Below the pieces are notes generated by a model that was given only the letters and a program-made list of their open reading frames with translations, searched no databases and was not told where the DNA came from. The position numbers and the translations under genes are program-made. Shown here piece by piece: positions 1-10,771 of a stretch of 64,000 bases of DNA. This stretch comes from Coraliomargarita sp. (lineage in GTDB: Bacteria > Verrucomicrobiota > Verrucomicrobiia > Opitutales > Coraliomargaritaceae), in assembly GCA_965216325.1 (NCBI GenBank), contig OZ244160.1, forward strand, positions 160,001-224,000. The letters are read 5' to 3'. The stretch's first letter is position 1, and each line of letters starts with the position of its first letter.

Positions 1-1
1 G

Positions 2-1528
2 TTTGCCGAGTTGCAGTTGAGTGAGCCCGAGCGCGTAGATCAGGGCTGAATTTTCAGGGTCCAGTTGCAGTGCATTTTCGTAGTCATAATAGGCGCCTTC
101 CAGATCGCCTAATTTCCTGAGCAGTGAACCGCGCAGTCCGCGTGTCTCGATCTGGCGCGGGTTGATCGCCAGCGATTCGTTAAACGCACTGAGTGCGAGT
201 GCGGTTTGGCCTTCGGCTTGATGGGCACGCCCGAGCATTGCCCAGACTTCGGCGTTGGGTGCGATTTGGTTGATGGCGTAGGCTTCGAGTAGTGGGATCG
301 CTCGGGGCATCTCATTGGCTTTGAGTAGGATGCGACAGGCAGCGATTGCTTCCTCGCTGTCTTCGGGCTTAAAGCCGTGGTCGAGGGCACGCAGCACTTC
401 CGCGATCGCCTGTTCGTCGCGCTTGAGCTTGTCGTGGCAGAGTCCATGGTAAAAGAGCAGTGAGCTGTGCAGGGCAGTTTGTTCCTCCGGCACGAGTTCC
501 AAGGCTTCTTCAAATTTGGCGCGTGCGGTGCCGGCCCGTCCTTTTGCCAGAGCCGCGCGTCCTTCTAGATAGAGTGCGATGTCGGCGAGTTCGGGCTGTG
601 CCGCGATGGGGTCGATGATCTTCTCTAATGAATCCCACTGCTCGGTGCTGGCATAGATCGAGGCGAGCGTGATTAAAACTTCGAGATTCTCCGGTTGTTG
701 GCCGTTCAGACTGCGTAACTCTTCAATCGCTTCGTCACTATCACCGATCTGGGTGAGGAAGCGAGCCCGCACCAAGCGCAGTTGGGTCAGGCGTTGGAAG
801 TTGGCTTCGCCGGTTTGCCCTTGGTGCACGGCAATCGCCTCGTCAATGGCTTGAAGTGCCTCGTTGTTTTCGCGCTTTTCGGCCGCGAGGTGGGCTTTTT
901 CCAGATAGGCCTCACTGGCGAGGTGTAGGCTTAGGCCTGGGGCATCGGGGTTGGCGAGGTAATTATTGTTAAAGGCTTCAGCGGCGGCATCCCAATCGCC
1001 GTCGGCCATTCGCAGCAGACCGAGTAATTTATTCGCGGTGCGGGTGTCTTTACTCTGTGGCGCTGACTGGGCGATGACTTGTTCGATCAAGCCGACGGCT
1101 TCTTCGTGCTGTTCGAGGTTCACGAGCACCAGCGCCTTCAGCAGTAGAGTTTGCGCATCGTCGGGTGCCAGTTCGAGCGCCTGATCGGCGAGTTGTAGGG
1201 CGGTTGCCCCATCGCCCTGATCGAGCTTAATGCGGCTTTTTAATTTTAACGCGGGTAGATAGTCCGGGGCGATGCGGAGGATCTGGTTGGCGCCGTTTTC
1301 GGCTCCGCGTAAGTCGCCAATCAGGTAATTCCCCTCGGCCAGCCCGTAGTAGAGCTTGGCGCGCGACAGTGTGGGGTCCTGCTTGTCTGCAGCAGCTAGT
1401 GGGCTTAGCAGTGCGAGGCCGCTTAATAGGGCGATTGAGAGGCGACGTTTGGATGCTTCGCCAGCGAGCGGTATACCGCGCGCGCGCAAGTGGGGAAGGG
1501 TGATAGGACTGAAAAAGCGCCTGAGCAT
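2..1528 (-). CDS. Tetratricopeptide-repeat (TPR) protein, probably exported; runs off the left edge
   Basis: Not in the ORF track because the stop lies outside the window. Manual translation from ATG at 1528 gives MLRRFFSP...[18 protein letters not shown]...[16 protein letters not shown]; the same frame at position 2 reads [12 protein letters not shown]. These are repeated TPR-like helices. Confidence 0.8.
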   Translation of the reverse strand, partial: MLRRFFSPITLPHLRARGIPLAGEASKRRLSIALLSGLALLSPLAAADKQDPTLSRAKLYYGLAEGNYLIGDLRGAENGANQILRIAPDYLPALKLKSRIKLDQGDGATALQLADQALELAPDDAQTLLLKALVLVNLEQHEEAVGLIEQVIAQSAPQSKDTRTANKLLGLLRMADGDWDAAAEAFNNNYLANPDAPGLSLHLASEAYLEKAHLAAEKRENNEALQAIDEAIAVHQGQTGEANFQRLTQLRLVRARFLTQIGDSDEAIEELRSLNGQQPENLEVLITLASIYASTEQWDSLEKIIDPIAAQPELADIALYLEGRAALAKGRAGTARAKFEEALELVPEEQTALHSSLLFYHGLCHDKLKRDEQAIAEVLRALDHGFKPEDSEEAIAACRILLKANEMPRAIPLLEAYAINQIAPNAEVWAMLGRAHQAEGQTALALSAFNESLAINPRQIETRGLRGSLLRKLGDLEGAYYDYENALQLDPENSALIYALGLTQLQLGK

Positions 1529-1585
1529 CGTGCATCATTGAAGGAGTTTTCGCTGGGTAGCAAGCAGCAGAGTTCCGGATACACA

Positions 1586-1619
1586 GCGGCCCGTTCAAAG
1601 TGACTTCGAACGGGCCGTT
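1586..1619 (-). terminator. GC-rich hairpin downstream of the acetyltransferase gene
   Basis: cggcccgttc-N-gaacgggccg inverted repeat with a weak U tract. Confidence 0.4.
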
Positions 1620-1793
1620 ATGGTTATAGAGTGGTGAAGCGAGGTTGCTTCGCTGGCTCGAATGAGCAGCTAGTGGTAGGCTATGCCGTGAACCCTGCAG
1701 TGTAGGGCAGCTTTGAAAAGCGAATAGCGCAGCCTTTGGAGCGTTATTAGAATCCGTGAGCTTTGCTCGATCCTAGAAACAGTAATGCTTGTG

Positions 1794-2357
1794 CTAGATT
1801 TCGCGGAGTAGTTTAGCGGGCACGCCGCCGACCACTGTATTGGCCGGAACATCGCGGGTGACGACCGCGCCGGAGCCGACGATGGCATGATCACCGATAG
1901 AGACGCCGGGATTAATGATCGCACCTGCGCCGAGCCAGACGTTGTGGCCAATGGTAATGGGCTTGCCGAATTCGAGGCCTGCGCGACGTTCGGCGGGGTC
2001 TATGGGGTGTCCTGCAGCCAGAATGCTGACGCGTGGCCCGCAGAGACAGTCGTCGCCAATTCGCACTTCGCAGACGTCGAGAATGATCAGGTCGAAATTC
2101 GCGTAGAAGTTTTTACCGAGGTAAATGTTGCTCCCGTAGTCACAGCGGAATCCCGGCTCAATCATCGCTGGGCCCGCTAAGCCGCCGAGTAATTCGGTGA
2201 GGATTGCTTGTTGGTGCTGGCCGCGACTGGCGACATCTTGAGCGTAGCGCTGGCAAAGCTCTTTAGCTCGATGGCGCTCTGCCAGCAGTTGAGGATCGCT
2301 GGCATTGTAATACTCGCCAGCGAGCATCTTTTCTTTTTCGGACCGTTCGGTGCTCAT
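1794..2357 (-). CDS. maa: Sugar O-acetyltransferase (maltose/galactoside acetyltransferase family)
   Basis: EKEKMLAGEYY N-terminus, F.CDYG.NI motif, hexapeptide repeats and VVGGVPAK C-terminus. Confidence 0.85.
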   Translation of the reverse strand: MSTERSEKEKMLAGEYYNASDPQLLAERHRAKELCQRYAQDVASRGQHQQAILTELLGGLAGPAMIEPGFRCDYGSNIYLGKNFYANFDLIILDVCEVRIGDDCLCGPRVSILAAGHPIDPAERRAGLEFGKPITIGHNVWLGAGAIINPGVSIGDHAIVGSGAVVTRDVPANTVVGGVPAKLLREI

Positions 2358-2424
2358 TGTGTTGTCGTGCTCCTGTCCGTTACGAAAGTCTGACCTCTGT
2401 CTTCTGGCCTCCGACTTCTGCCCC

Positions 2425-4149
<1,725 letters not shown>

Positions 4150-4160
4150 TGGGTTTGGAG

Positions 4161-4242
4161 AATCTTAATCGTAATCTTACTCTTAATCCTAATCAATCAA
4201 TGTGCCGTAGATTAAGATTATGATTAGGAGTAAGATTAAGAT
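4161..4242. repeat. Inverted arms built of hexamer repeats (aatctt/actctt/aatcct), family F1
   Basis: gtaatcttactcttaatcctaatc ... agattaagattatgattaggagtaagattaaga; the same arms recur at 25168-25245 and in degenerate form at 59520-59584. Confidence 0.85.
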
Positions 4243-4308
4243 GCTGAGTGTTCCGCGTTTTATTGACGCTCATTGCGGATCGGGCAACTCAGAATCTCGG
4301 GCAGATGT

Positions 4309-4692
4309 CTACTCCCAGTAATCGTCGCCGTAATCGAAGAAGATTTCCTCACCGGGCTCGATGGTGCGCAGGGCTTCGAAACGTGCGGTTTTCCAGCGGC
4401 TGGAGACCACCAGAAAGGCATTCGGCTCGTCGCTGTGATTGATGAAGCGTGTATAGTTGGAGCCTTCGCCCTCGCCGTCGATGATGTGCGTTTTGCAAAC
4501 CCAGAGCACATAGGCGTTAAAGGGGCGGTCTTCGCGGTAGAATTCCTCCTCGTCGATGATCTTGCCCGTGTAATAGCCGATCGTGTCTTCCTCTGTAATC
4601 CGCACCTTGGCAAACAAGCCACGGCCTGCTCCCTCGATGGAGGAGGTTTTCACTTCGAAGGCGTCTTCAGTCCATTTCTTCGGTTTTGGCAT
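4309..4692 (-). CDS. SET-domain protein (putative protein-lysine methyltransferase)
   Basis: G.GRGLFA, RFINHS..PN and GEEIFFDYG are canonical SET motifs. Confidence 0.92.
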   Translation of the reverse strand: MPKPKKWTEDAFEVKTSSIEGAGRGLFAKVRITEEDTIGYYTGKIIDEEEFYREDRPFNAYVLWVCKTHIIDGEGEGSNYTRFINHSDEPNAFLVVSSRWKTARFEALRTIEPGEEIFFDYGDDYWE

Positions 4693-4747
4693 CGCGGCTC
4701 GGATTGTAGGATTGCAGTGCTAATGCGGATAATTAGAAAGCCAACAA

Positions 4748-5770
4748 ATGAACGGGGGATTGCAAAAGTTTATTCAGGCTTTGTTGGGGCTTGGAATCGT
4801 TGCTTCGGCACAGGCGTTTGACGCGACCGTTGCCCATGATGCTGGCACGGTGACCATTTCGTGGCCGTCGATTGCCGGTAAGCAGTATCAAGTCTATGCC
4901 AACGATCAATTGCCAGTCGGCACTAGCAATCCAGTTGGCACATGGCTGGTCGGTGACGACAGCGCACTTGAGCGCGATGACAGCATCACTGGGAATGCCA
5001 AGCAGTTTTACTCGGTTGTCCAGCGTGACGATTTTGAGATTGATGTCGCTGGTGCAGGCTATGGCACAGCTGGAAATAACTGGACCTATTCTATTCTTGA
5101 TGAGCGTCGCACCGGCAGCCCCACGAGCACGCCTACCGTCACCAACTACACCGCAACTTACACGGTCCAGCCCGGTTTGCTGACGCTTGATTCGGCAGAT
5201 GCTGGTGTCACGGCGAACTGGGACGGCGCTCAGGTGGTGTTGGTGAGTGCGACGAGCATCGATAATCCTACATGGTCACAGCAGGTGTATCTGAGTTCTG
5301 ACTTTAGCAACGGCGTTTATCAAGTTGGTGGGGTGCGCTCCGCGACGGAGCAGGATTTTCCGGGAGTGTTTACCAACACGGGTGCTGCGCCATTGTTGTT
5401 GGCCAATTTCACGCCCGGCGCGGTTGTCCAAGCGAATTATACCAACACGAACTACGGTGCGGTTACGAATACCATTCAGCACGATATCGTTCAATATACA
5501 TTACCTGGTGCAAGTGAGCCCTCTGATGCGATTCGTGTGACTTCAGTGTCTGGGGCGGAGACGTTTGTCCAACGAGATTTCGGTATAATTTTTGGAGGGG
5601 TGATAGACGTTGAAGTTTCGATTAGCTCTACAGTAATTGATACCTATGTTGACGAGGTAGGTCTGGTAGAGAAAATCATTGATGTAGATGTTACAGATAT
5701 CAGTGGTCTGGGTGCTGCTCCAGAATTCATCGACGTCACGATCCAGTTGCAAAGCTACAACGTGAACTAA
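4748..5770 (+). CDS. Secreted hypothetical beta-rich protein
   Basis: Signal peptide ending ASAQA; Thr/Val/Asp-rich 340-aa ORF. Confidence 0.75.
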   Translation: MNGGLQKFIQALLGLGIVASAQAFDATVAHDAGTVTISWPSIAGKQYQVYANDQLPVGTSNPVGTWLVGDDSALERDDSITGNAKQFYSVVQRDDFEIDVAGAGYGTAGNNWTYSILDERRTGSPTSTPTVTNYTATYTVQPGLLTLDSADAGVTANWDGAQVVLVSATSIDNPTWSQQVYLSSDFSNGVYQVGGVRSATEQDFPGVFTNTGAAPLLLANFTPGAVVQANYTNTNYGAVTNTIQHDIVQYTLPGASEPSDAIRVTSVSGAETFVQRDFGIIFGGVIDVEVSISSTVIDTYVDEVGLVEKIIDVDVTDISGLGAAPEFIDVTIQLQSYNVN

Positions 5771-5838
5771 TGGGAAGGGCACATTATCCTTAACGTGCCG
5801 CAGTTCTCTGGGGCGGTTCTCAATAGGGATATCGAAGC

Positions 5839-8382
5839 CTAGCGCTCCAAGGTCCCCCGGGTAACGCCCAGCTGATTAATCAGTTTGAGCTCTTTCCAGA
5901 GTTGTTCGGCGCTAAGCTCTCCTGCGAGCAGTGCTTCGTAATGCTGCATCGTGCGGCGCACTTCGTCGCCGCTTTCATTGAGGAATTCGATACGATAGGC
6001 GGCCGCGCCATTGGCGGTCATCTCATCGACAAACTCAGCGCCGGTTTGTGCCCGGGCGTTGAACAAGGTGTTGCGGCAACCCGCGTCCGGCTTGAGCGGA
6101 TGGAGTGCACCGACGCGGTCTTTGAGTTGCACCTGATGTGTGTCGCAGGGGCGTCCACAGTCACGGAAGTCCTTACCCTCGGACAGAAAGGCGCAGAAGA
6201 CACAGTGCTCCATGTGAAACATCGGCATGTGCTGGTGGAGCGTGATCTCGAACCAGCCCGGTTGTGCACCGCGCAGCAATGCGTCGAGCTGTTGGGTGTT
6301 GAGGTCATACGACGCAGTCAGTCGCTCAAGCTTCCAGCGCTCGATGAAGTATTCGGCCGTCAGGTGGTTGGCGACGTTGAGCGAGAAATCACCACGCAGG
6401 CGTTGGCCTTCGAGTGAACGCAGGTTCTCATGGTTGCGGACGAGGAATCCATCGGCGCCGCATTTGAGTAGCTGCTTGGTCAGAAAGTCTTCGCCGCTCT
6501 TAAACATTCGGGGTGGCGCCACCCAAAGTGTGCGCTTGCGCCCGTCGCGGTCTTCGGCGGCACGGGTGCGTTGCACGGCCTCCGCATACTTGCGTGGATC
6601 CTCCAACTCGATGTAGAGCTCGGAGTAGGGCAGTTCCAGCGCGACGTCGAACTGCTCCCAGTTTCTGACGTAGGGGATTAGATACGGCGTGGAGGGCAAT
6701 GCTCCGTCATTGCCACTTGCGATCTGGCTTGGCAACGACGGAGCGTTGCCCTCCAACTTCCATCTGAGGGGCTGCGCGCGCAAGGCAGTCAATTGGTCCA
6801 CGGCATCGCGGCGCAGATTATTTAGCACCGACGCAGGCACCATACAGCCGTCGCCCAGCTGGTTGTCCAGTGCCTCTAGGAAATAACCCGTGCTGCCAAG
6901 GCGCCCGAGTTGTTTCTTCAGCGTGGCTTCGTCGGTGGCTTTGTTGCGTGCCGCTTCGATTGGTTGAGTGGACTCCACTTGCACCACACGGCCTTCTTCG
7001 TCCTGTAGTGAAAGAGTCAATACGCTGCCGACTTGTCCTTGAGCGGTTGCGCGGATTGGACGCTTGTAGTTCGGCTGCTCCACCTCGTAGCTCTGGCGCA
7101 GCGCTTTGTCCAATGCAGGGTCGGAGGTTTTATACAGCACGTTGCCAGGCTGCACACGCTTCCAGTCGATCGAGCCTTTCAAAAAGCGAATAAAGGAGCC
7201 GTTCTTGCCTGTATCCACGGTGGTGATGCGCCCGCCTTCTTCATGGTCGTCGGGGCGGCCGCGGTCGAAGACCACGCCGTCGCCGGCTTTCAGGGGCACG
7301 TCGGTTTGGAGCCAGACGCCGTCGCGTTCCAGCCGCTCGACTTCGCCGATGCGCAGGCCGCGCTTTTTACCAAAGCGCGCATGCACGAGCTTTTGATTGT
7401 CGATGCCTTCCAGCCAGCCTGTGGAGAGGCCGCGTGAGAAAGTCATCTCGAGGGCGTAGTTGCCTTCTTTCTTGTCGTAATCGGTGGGGCCGCCTCCGTG
7501 GCGCCGGTGCCATGCGGCGTCGAGTGCTTTACGATACACGCTGGTAACGGCGGCGACATATTCCGGCGACTTGAGGCGGCCTTCGACTTTGAGGCTGGCA
7601 ACGCCGGCGTCGATGATGCCGTCCATTGCCTCGAGCCCGGAAAGGTCCTGGGGACTGAGCAAATAGCGTTGGCTGCCGAGCTCTACTTTCGCGCCGTCGC
7701 TATACAGCTCGTAAGGCAGACGGCAGGCCTGCGCGCATTCGCCACGATTGGCGGAGCGGCCGCCGAGCGATTCACTGGTCAAACATTGACCGGAGTAGGC
7801 CACGCAGAGCGCCCCGTGCACGAAGATCTCAATCGGCATGTCGAGGCCATTGGCCAAGGTTTTCTCTTTGATCGCGCCGACTTCTTTAAGTGAGCACTCG
7901 CGGGCCAGCACCACCACACTGGAGCCAAGCTCCTCGGCGAAGTGCACGCCGGCTTCGCTCGTGACGCTCATCTGAGTGGAGGCGTGGATCGGAAAGTCGG
8001 GTGAGAGTTTGCGAATTAGGCGGCAGATGCCCACGTCTTGCACGATCGCAGCGTCGACGCCGGAGCTGATGATCGAGCGCAGAAAGCTTTCCGCGTCTTC
8101 GAGCTCGTTGGAAAAGACCAGTGTGTTGAAGGTCACATAACCGCGCACGCCACGACTGTGTAGGTAAGCCATGAGTTCCGGCAGATCGGCTTCGGTGAAG
8201 TTCTTGCCGCGCATGCGGGCATTGAAGCGATCGAGGCCGAAGAAAATCGCGTCGGCACCATTCTCGACGGCGGCACGTGCGCACTCCCAATCTCCTGCCG
8301 GAGCAAGGAGCTCAGGTTTGATGTGGGTGGCATGCGACAGGTCGCTGTCGACGCCGAGACGTTTTGGAATGAGTTTTGGCAT
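5839..8382 (-). CDS. Peptidase U32 family protein with DUF3656 (RlhA-like rRNA hydroxylase architecture)
   Basis: PELLAPAG, HASTQM, EIFVHGALCVAYSGQC, NRGECAQACR and LKVEGRLK motifs. Start placed at MPKLIP (8382) because a TTGCAT-N18-TAAGGT promoter-like motif lies at about 8400-8429. Confidence 0.9.
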   Translation of the reverse strand: MPKLIPKRLGVDSDLSHATHIKPELLAPAGDWECARAAVENGADAIFFGLDRFNARMRGKNFTEADLPELMAYLHSRGVRGYVTFNTLVFSNELEDAESFLRSIISSGVDAAIVQDVGICRLIRKLSPDFPIHASTQMSVTSEAGVHFAEELGSSVVVLARECSLKEVGAIKEKTLANGLDMPIEIFVHGALCVAYSGQCLTSESLGGRSANRGECAQACRLPYELYSDGAKVELGSQRYLLSPQDLSGLEAMDGIIDAGVASLKVEGRLKSPEYVAAVTSVYRKALDAAWHRRHGGGPTDYDKKEGNYALEMTFSRGLSTGWLEGIDNQKLVHARFGKKRGLRIGEVERLERDGVWLQTDVPLKAGDGVVFDRGRPDDHEEGGRITTVDTGKNGSFIRFLKGSIDWKRVQPGNVLYKTSDPALDKALRQSYEVEQPNYKRPIRATAQGQVGSVLTLSLQDEEGRVVQVESTQPIEAARNKATDEATLKKQLGRLGSTGYFLEALDNQLGDGCMVPASVLNNLRRDAVDQLTALRAQPLRWKLEGNAPSLPSQIASGNDGALPSTPYLIPYVRNWEQFDVALELPYSELYIELEDPRKYAEAVQRTRAAEDRDGRKRTLWVAPPRMFKSGEDFLTKQLLKCGADGFLVRNHENLRSLEGQRLRGDFSLNVANHLTAEYFIERWKLERLTASYDLNTQQLDALLRGAQPGWFEITLHQHMPMFHMEHCVFCAFLSEGKDFRDCGRPCDTHQVQLKDRVGALHPLKPDAGCRNTLFNARAQTGAEFVDEMTANGAAAYRIEFLNESGDEVRRTMQHYEALLAGELSAEQLWKELKLINQLGVTRGTLER
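6690..6755. repeat. GGAG-type REP doublet inserted in-frame in the U32 gene
   Basis: tggagggcaatgctccgtcattgcca-N14-tggcaacgacggagcgttgccctcca (66 bp), translated as LEGNAPSLPSQIASGNDGALPS. Confidence 0.9.
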
Positions 8383-8515
8383 TTCGAGAGAAAGGGGAGA
8401 CCTTAGCACTACGATTTCGTGGAATGCAATGGCGATGCGAATGGTGTGCGCAGCTTCAGCAAGCACTTTCAGCGGCGTTGCGTTTGCTCGGTGGAGCGCT
8501 TGCTGAAGCGGCGCG

Positions 8516-9589
8516 CTACGCTGAGCGGTCCAATAACTCTTTGACCCATCTGCGGTGCGGACCGGAGAGCGTGATCTTTTCGAGGTCTGTCATGGCGGTC
8601 CATTTGTGCTCAGACGTAATGCCAGCTAAAGCCGGGACCCCAACCCCCTCATAAATGCGCTCTTTGATGCGTTTGTTGGTGATGCCGCGTGACTTGGTGA
8701 GTAGCAACTTGCCCAGCTTGAGTTGCTTGGAGGGCAATGCTCCGTCATTGCCATGTTTTGCTTTGTCTTCTGTGAGACCAAAGGTCTCAACGCGTGGTAG
8801 CTCATACTGGCCAGCCAGCTGTTTGGCGTCGTTGGGAATCCGGTGGAGCAGGACCTTGTCGTCGGCGACGATCCAGAGGCGGTCGACCTCGACGCGTTGG
8901 GTCGCTGCGCGTTCGATTTTGGGCAATTGCTCGGGGCTGCCCTGCGCGGCTCCGGCGCAAAAGCTCACCACCGGACAGACGGTGCACATCGGCTTGTGTT
9001 TCTGGCAGACGGTTGCACCCAGTTCCATCATTGCCTGATTGTGGTCGCCCGGCTTGTCGGTATTGAGGGCCTTGTCGGCTAGCGGGGTGAAGGCTTTGAC
9101 TGCCTCGCCGTTGTTTTTGAAGGCACGCTCGTCATGGGTGAGCCGAGCGAGAATGCGGACCACATTGCCATCCACAACAGCAGCTGGGTAGCCCTGCGCA
9201 ATCGAGCTGATGGCGGCCGAGGTGTAGGGGCCGATGCCGGGCAGGAGCTGCCATTCCTCGCGAGTCGTCGGCTTGGGTTCCATGGCGACGTAGGTCTTGG
9301 CTAGCTTGTGCAAATTGCGCGCGCGGCTGTAATACCCCAGGCCTTCCCAGTGCTTGAGCACATCGTCGCTGTCTGCGGCGGCCAGTGCTTCAAAATCGGG
9401 AAAGCGCTCCATCCAACGCTCAAAGTAGGGCAGCATCGTTTTGATCTGTGTCTGCTGAGCCATCAACTCCGACACGACCGTGCGATACACGCTGGGCTCG
9501 GTGCGCCAAGGGAGCGGCCGCTGGGCCTGTGCATACCAGTCGACCAGTGCAGCTTGGAATTTCGGAAGATCTGTTAGAGGGGAGGGCAT
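8516..9589 (-). CDS. mutY: A/G-specific adenine DNA glycosylase
   Basis: LPWR, VSELMAQQTQ, WEGLGYYSRARNL, HhH LPGIGPYT, VDGNVVR and the 4Fe-4S motif C.K.KP.C..CP...C. Confidence 0.95.
   Translation of the reverse strand: MPSPLTDLPKFQAALVDWYAQAQRPLPWRTEPSVYRTVVSELMAQQTQIKTMLPYFERWMERFPDFEALAAADSDDVLKHWEGLGYYSRARNLHKLAKTYVAMEPKPTTREEWQLLPGIGPYTSAAISSIAQGYPAAVVDGNVVRILARLTHDERAFKNNGEAVKAFTPLADKALNTDKPGDHNQAMMELGATVCQKHKPMCTVCPVVSFCAGAAQGSPEQLPKIERAATQRVEVDRLWIVADDKVLLHRIPNDAKQLAGQYELPRVETFGLTEDKAKHGNDGALPSKQLKLGKLLLTKSRGITNKRIKERIYEGVGVPALAGITSEHKWTAMTDLEKITLSGPHRRWVKELLDRSA
8728..8753. repeat. Single GGAG-type REP inside mutY
   Basis: tggagggcaatgctccgtcattgcca, identical to 6690-6715; reads HGNDGALPS in MutY. 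Confidence 0.85.
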
Positions 9590-9664
9590 CGTTCAGAGAT
9601 CAGAAGACAGAGGTCGGAAGTCGGAGGTAATGCAAGCGTGCACTACTTTCGAACGGATTATATT

Positions 9665-9753
9665 GGTAGCGCAGGCGCGTCTCGCGGCGCATATAAGAGA
9701 TACAATGCGATGAGGCATGGCGTAGTGCGCACCGGGGACGGTGCTGCGCTACC
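9665..9753. repeat. GTAG-type REP doublet (ggtagcgca...gcgctacc)
   Basis: Inverted ends; homologous to 14711-14793. Confidence 0.7.
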
Positions 9754-9817
9754 TTACTCCGATTGGACTGAAGGTCGAACCTAGTGTGAAGCGCGATAAA
9801 TTCGTTTAGTTATCAAA

Positions 9818-9888
9818 TGGATGGCAACGCTCCGTCGTTGCCATCTAAAGTGACTTTAAAGGTGGCAACGACGGAGCGTTGCCCTCCA
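9818..9888. repeat. GGAG-type REP doublet (intergenic)
   Basis: tggatggcaacgctccgtcgttgcca ... tggcaacgacggagcgttgccctcca. Confidence 0.9.
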
Positions 9889-9912
9889 TTTTTGCTCTGC
9901 AAACTGCAATTC

Positions 9913-10764
9913 TTAATCCAAGCGATTCACTTCGACGCGGATGCTCAAGGTGCTGCGGCTGCCGCCGAAGTAGGAGCCGATGACGGGGGCGACGTCGCGG
10001 TAGTCGCGCCCGAAGGCCAGCACGATGTAGGTGTCGTCGACCACCTTGCGGTTGGTCGGATCGAGCCCGACCCAGCCGGCCGCGCCGGCATAGACTTCCA
10101 CCCAGGCGTGGGAGGCTTCGGAGCCGCGTAGCGAGCGATCTCTGGTGCTATCGAAGAAGTAGCCACTGACATAGCGGGCCGGGATGCCGATCGAGCGGCA
10201 ATAGGCCGTCATGGCATGTGCGAAGTCTTGGCAAACACCCGCCCGGCCTTGGATCACCTCGTTGGCATGGGTCGAGACGTTGGTCGCTTCGGAGGAGTAG
10301 GTGAAGTTGGTGTAGATGTGGTCCATAATCGCATAGCTGGTCTGGAACACATCTTGTGAATCGCCACGAATATCGACCGCTTCACGCCAGGTGGCGGGCG
10401 TGGTGTCGACGTAGGCGCTGCGTTGCAAAAAAGTGTGGCACTCCTCGATTTGATTGCAGCGGTGGAGGTCTTGGTGGAGAAAGCCGTAGGGAAGGTTATC
10501 CAGCTCAAAGAGCTTGGATGTCTTCACTTTAAAGCGGCTCTCGATCACCAGCCGATCGTGTGGCTGTGGGATCGTAAAGTGATGCACCCGATTGAAGTTC
10601 AGATCGTTGTAGCGCGAGAGTTTGGTCGCGGGCAGGACGCTGATGAAGTTCGACTCGACCTCTTGGTTTCGAGTGATCTTTGGGGTCAGTCGCAGTTCGT
10701 TGTTATTGTTCGTAACTGCATCGCCGTAGGCATACTCGGTGCGATGGTAAACTTGTAGCCGCAT
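9913..10764 (-). CDS. Transglutaminase-like protein with bacterial N-terminal domain
   Basis: H.T.Y.Y...V N-terminus; catalytic GVCQDFAH, SHAWVEVY and DPTN; GRDY.DV.P. Confidence 0.92.
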   Translation of the reverse strand: MRLQVYHRTEYAYGDAVTNNNNELRLTPKITRNQEVESNFISVLPATKLSRYNDLNFNRVHHFTIPQPHDRLVIESRFKVKTSKLFELDNLPYGFLHQDLHRCNQIEECHTFLQRSAYVDTTPATWREAVDIRGDSQDVFQTSYAIMDHIYTNFTYSSEATNVSTHANEVIQGRAGVCQDFAHAMTAYCRSIGIPARYVSGYFFDSTRDRSLRGSEASHAWVEVYAGAAGWVGLDPTNRKVVDDTYIVLAFGRDYRDVAPVIGSYFGGSRSTLSIRVEVNRLD

Positions 10765-10771
10765 GGGTTAC

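Noticed and set aside
109..1598. ORF-track calls 109..513 and 1227..1598
   Set aside because: Alternative frames of the TPR gene that starts at 1528 and runs off the window edge.
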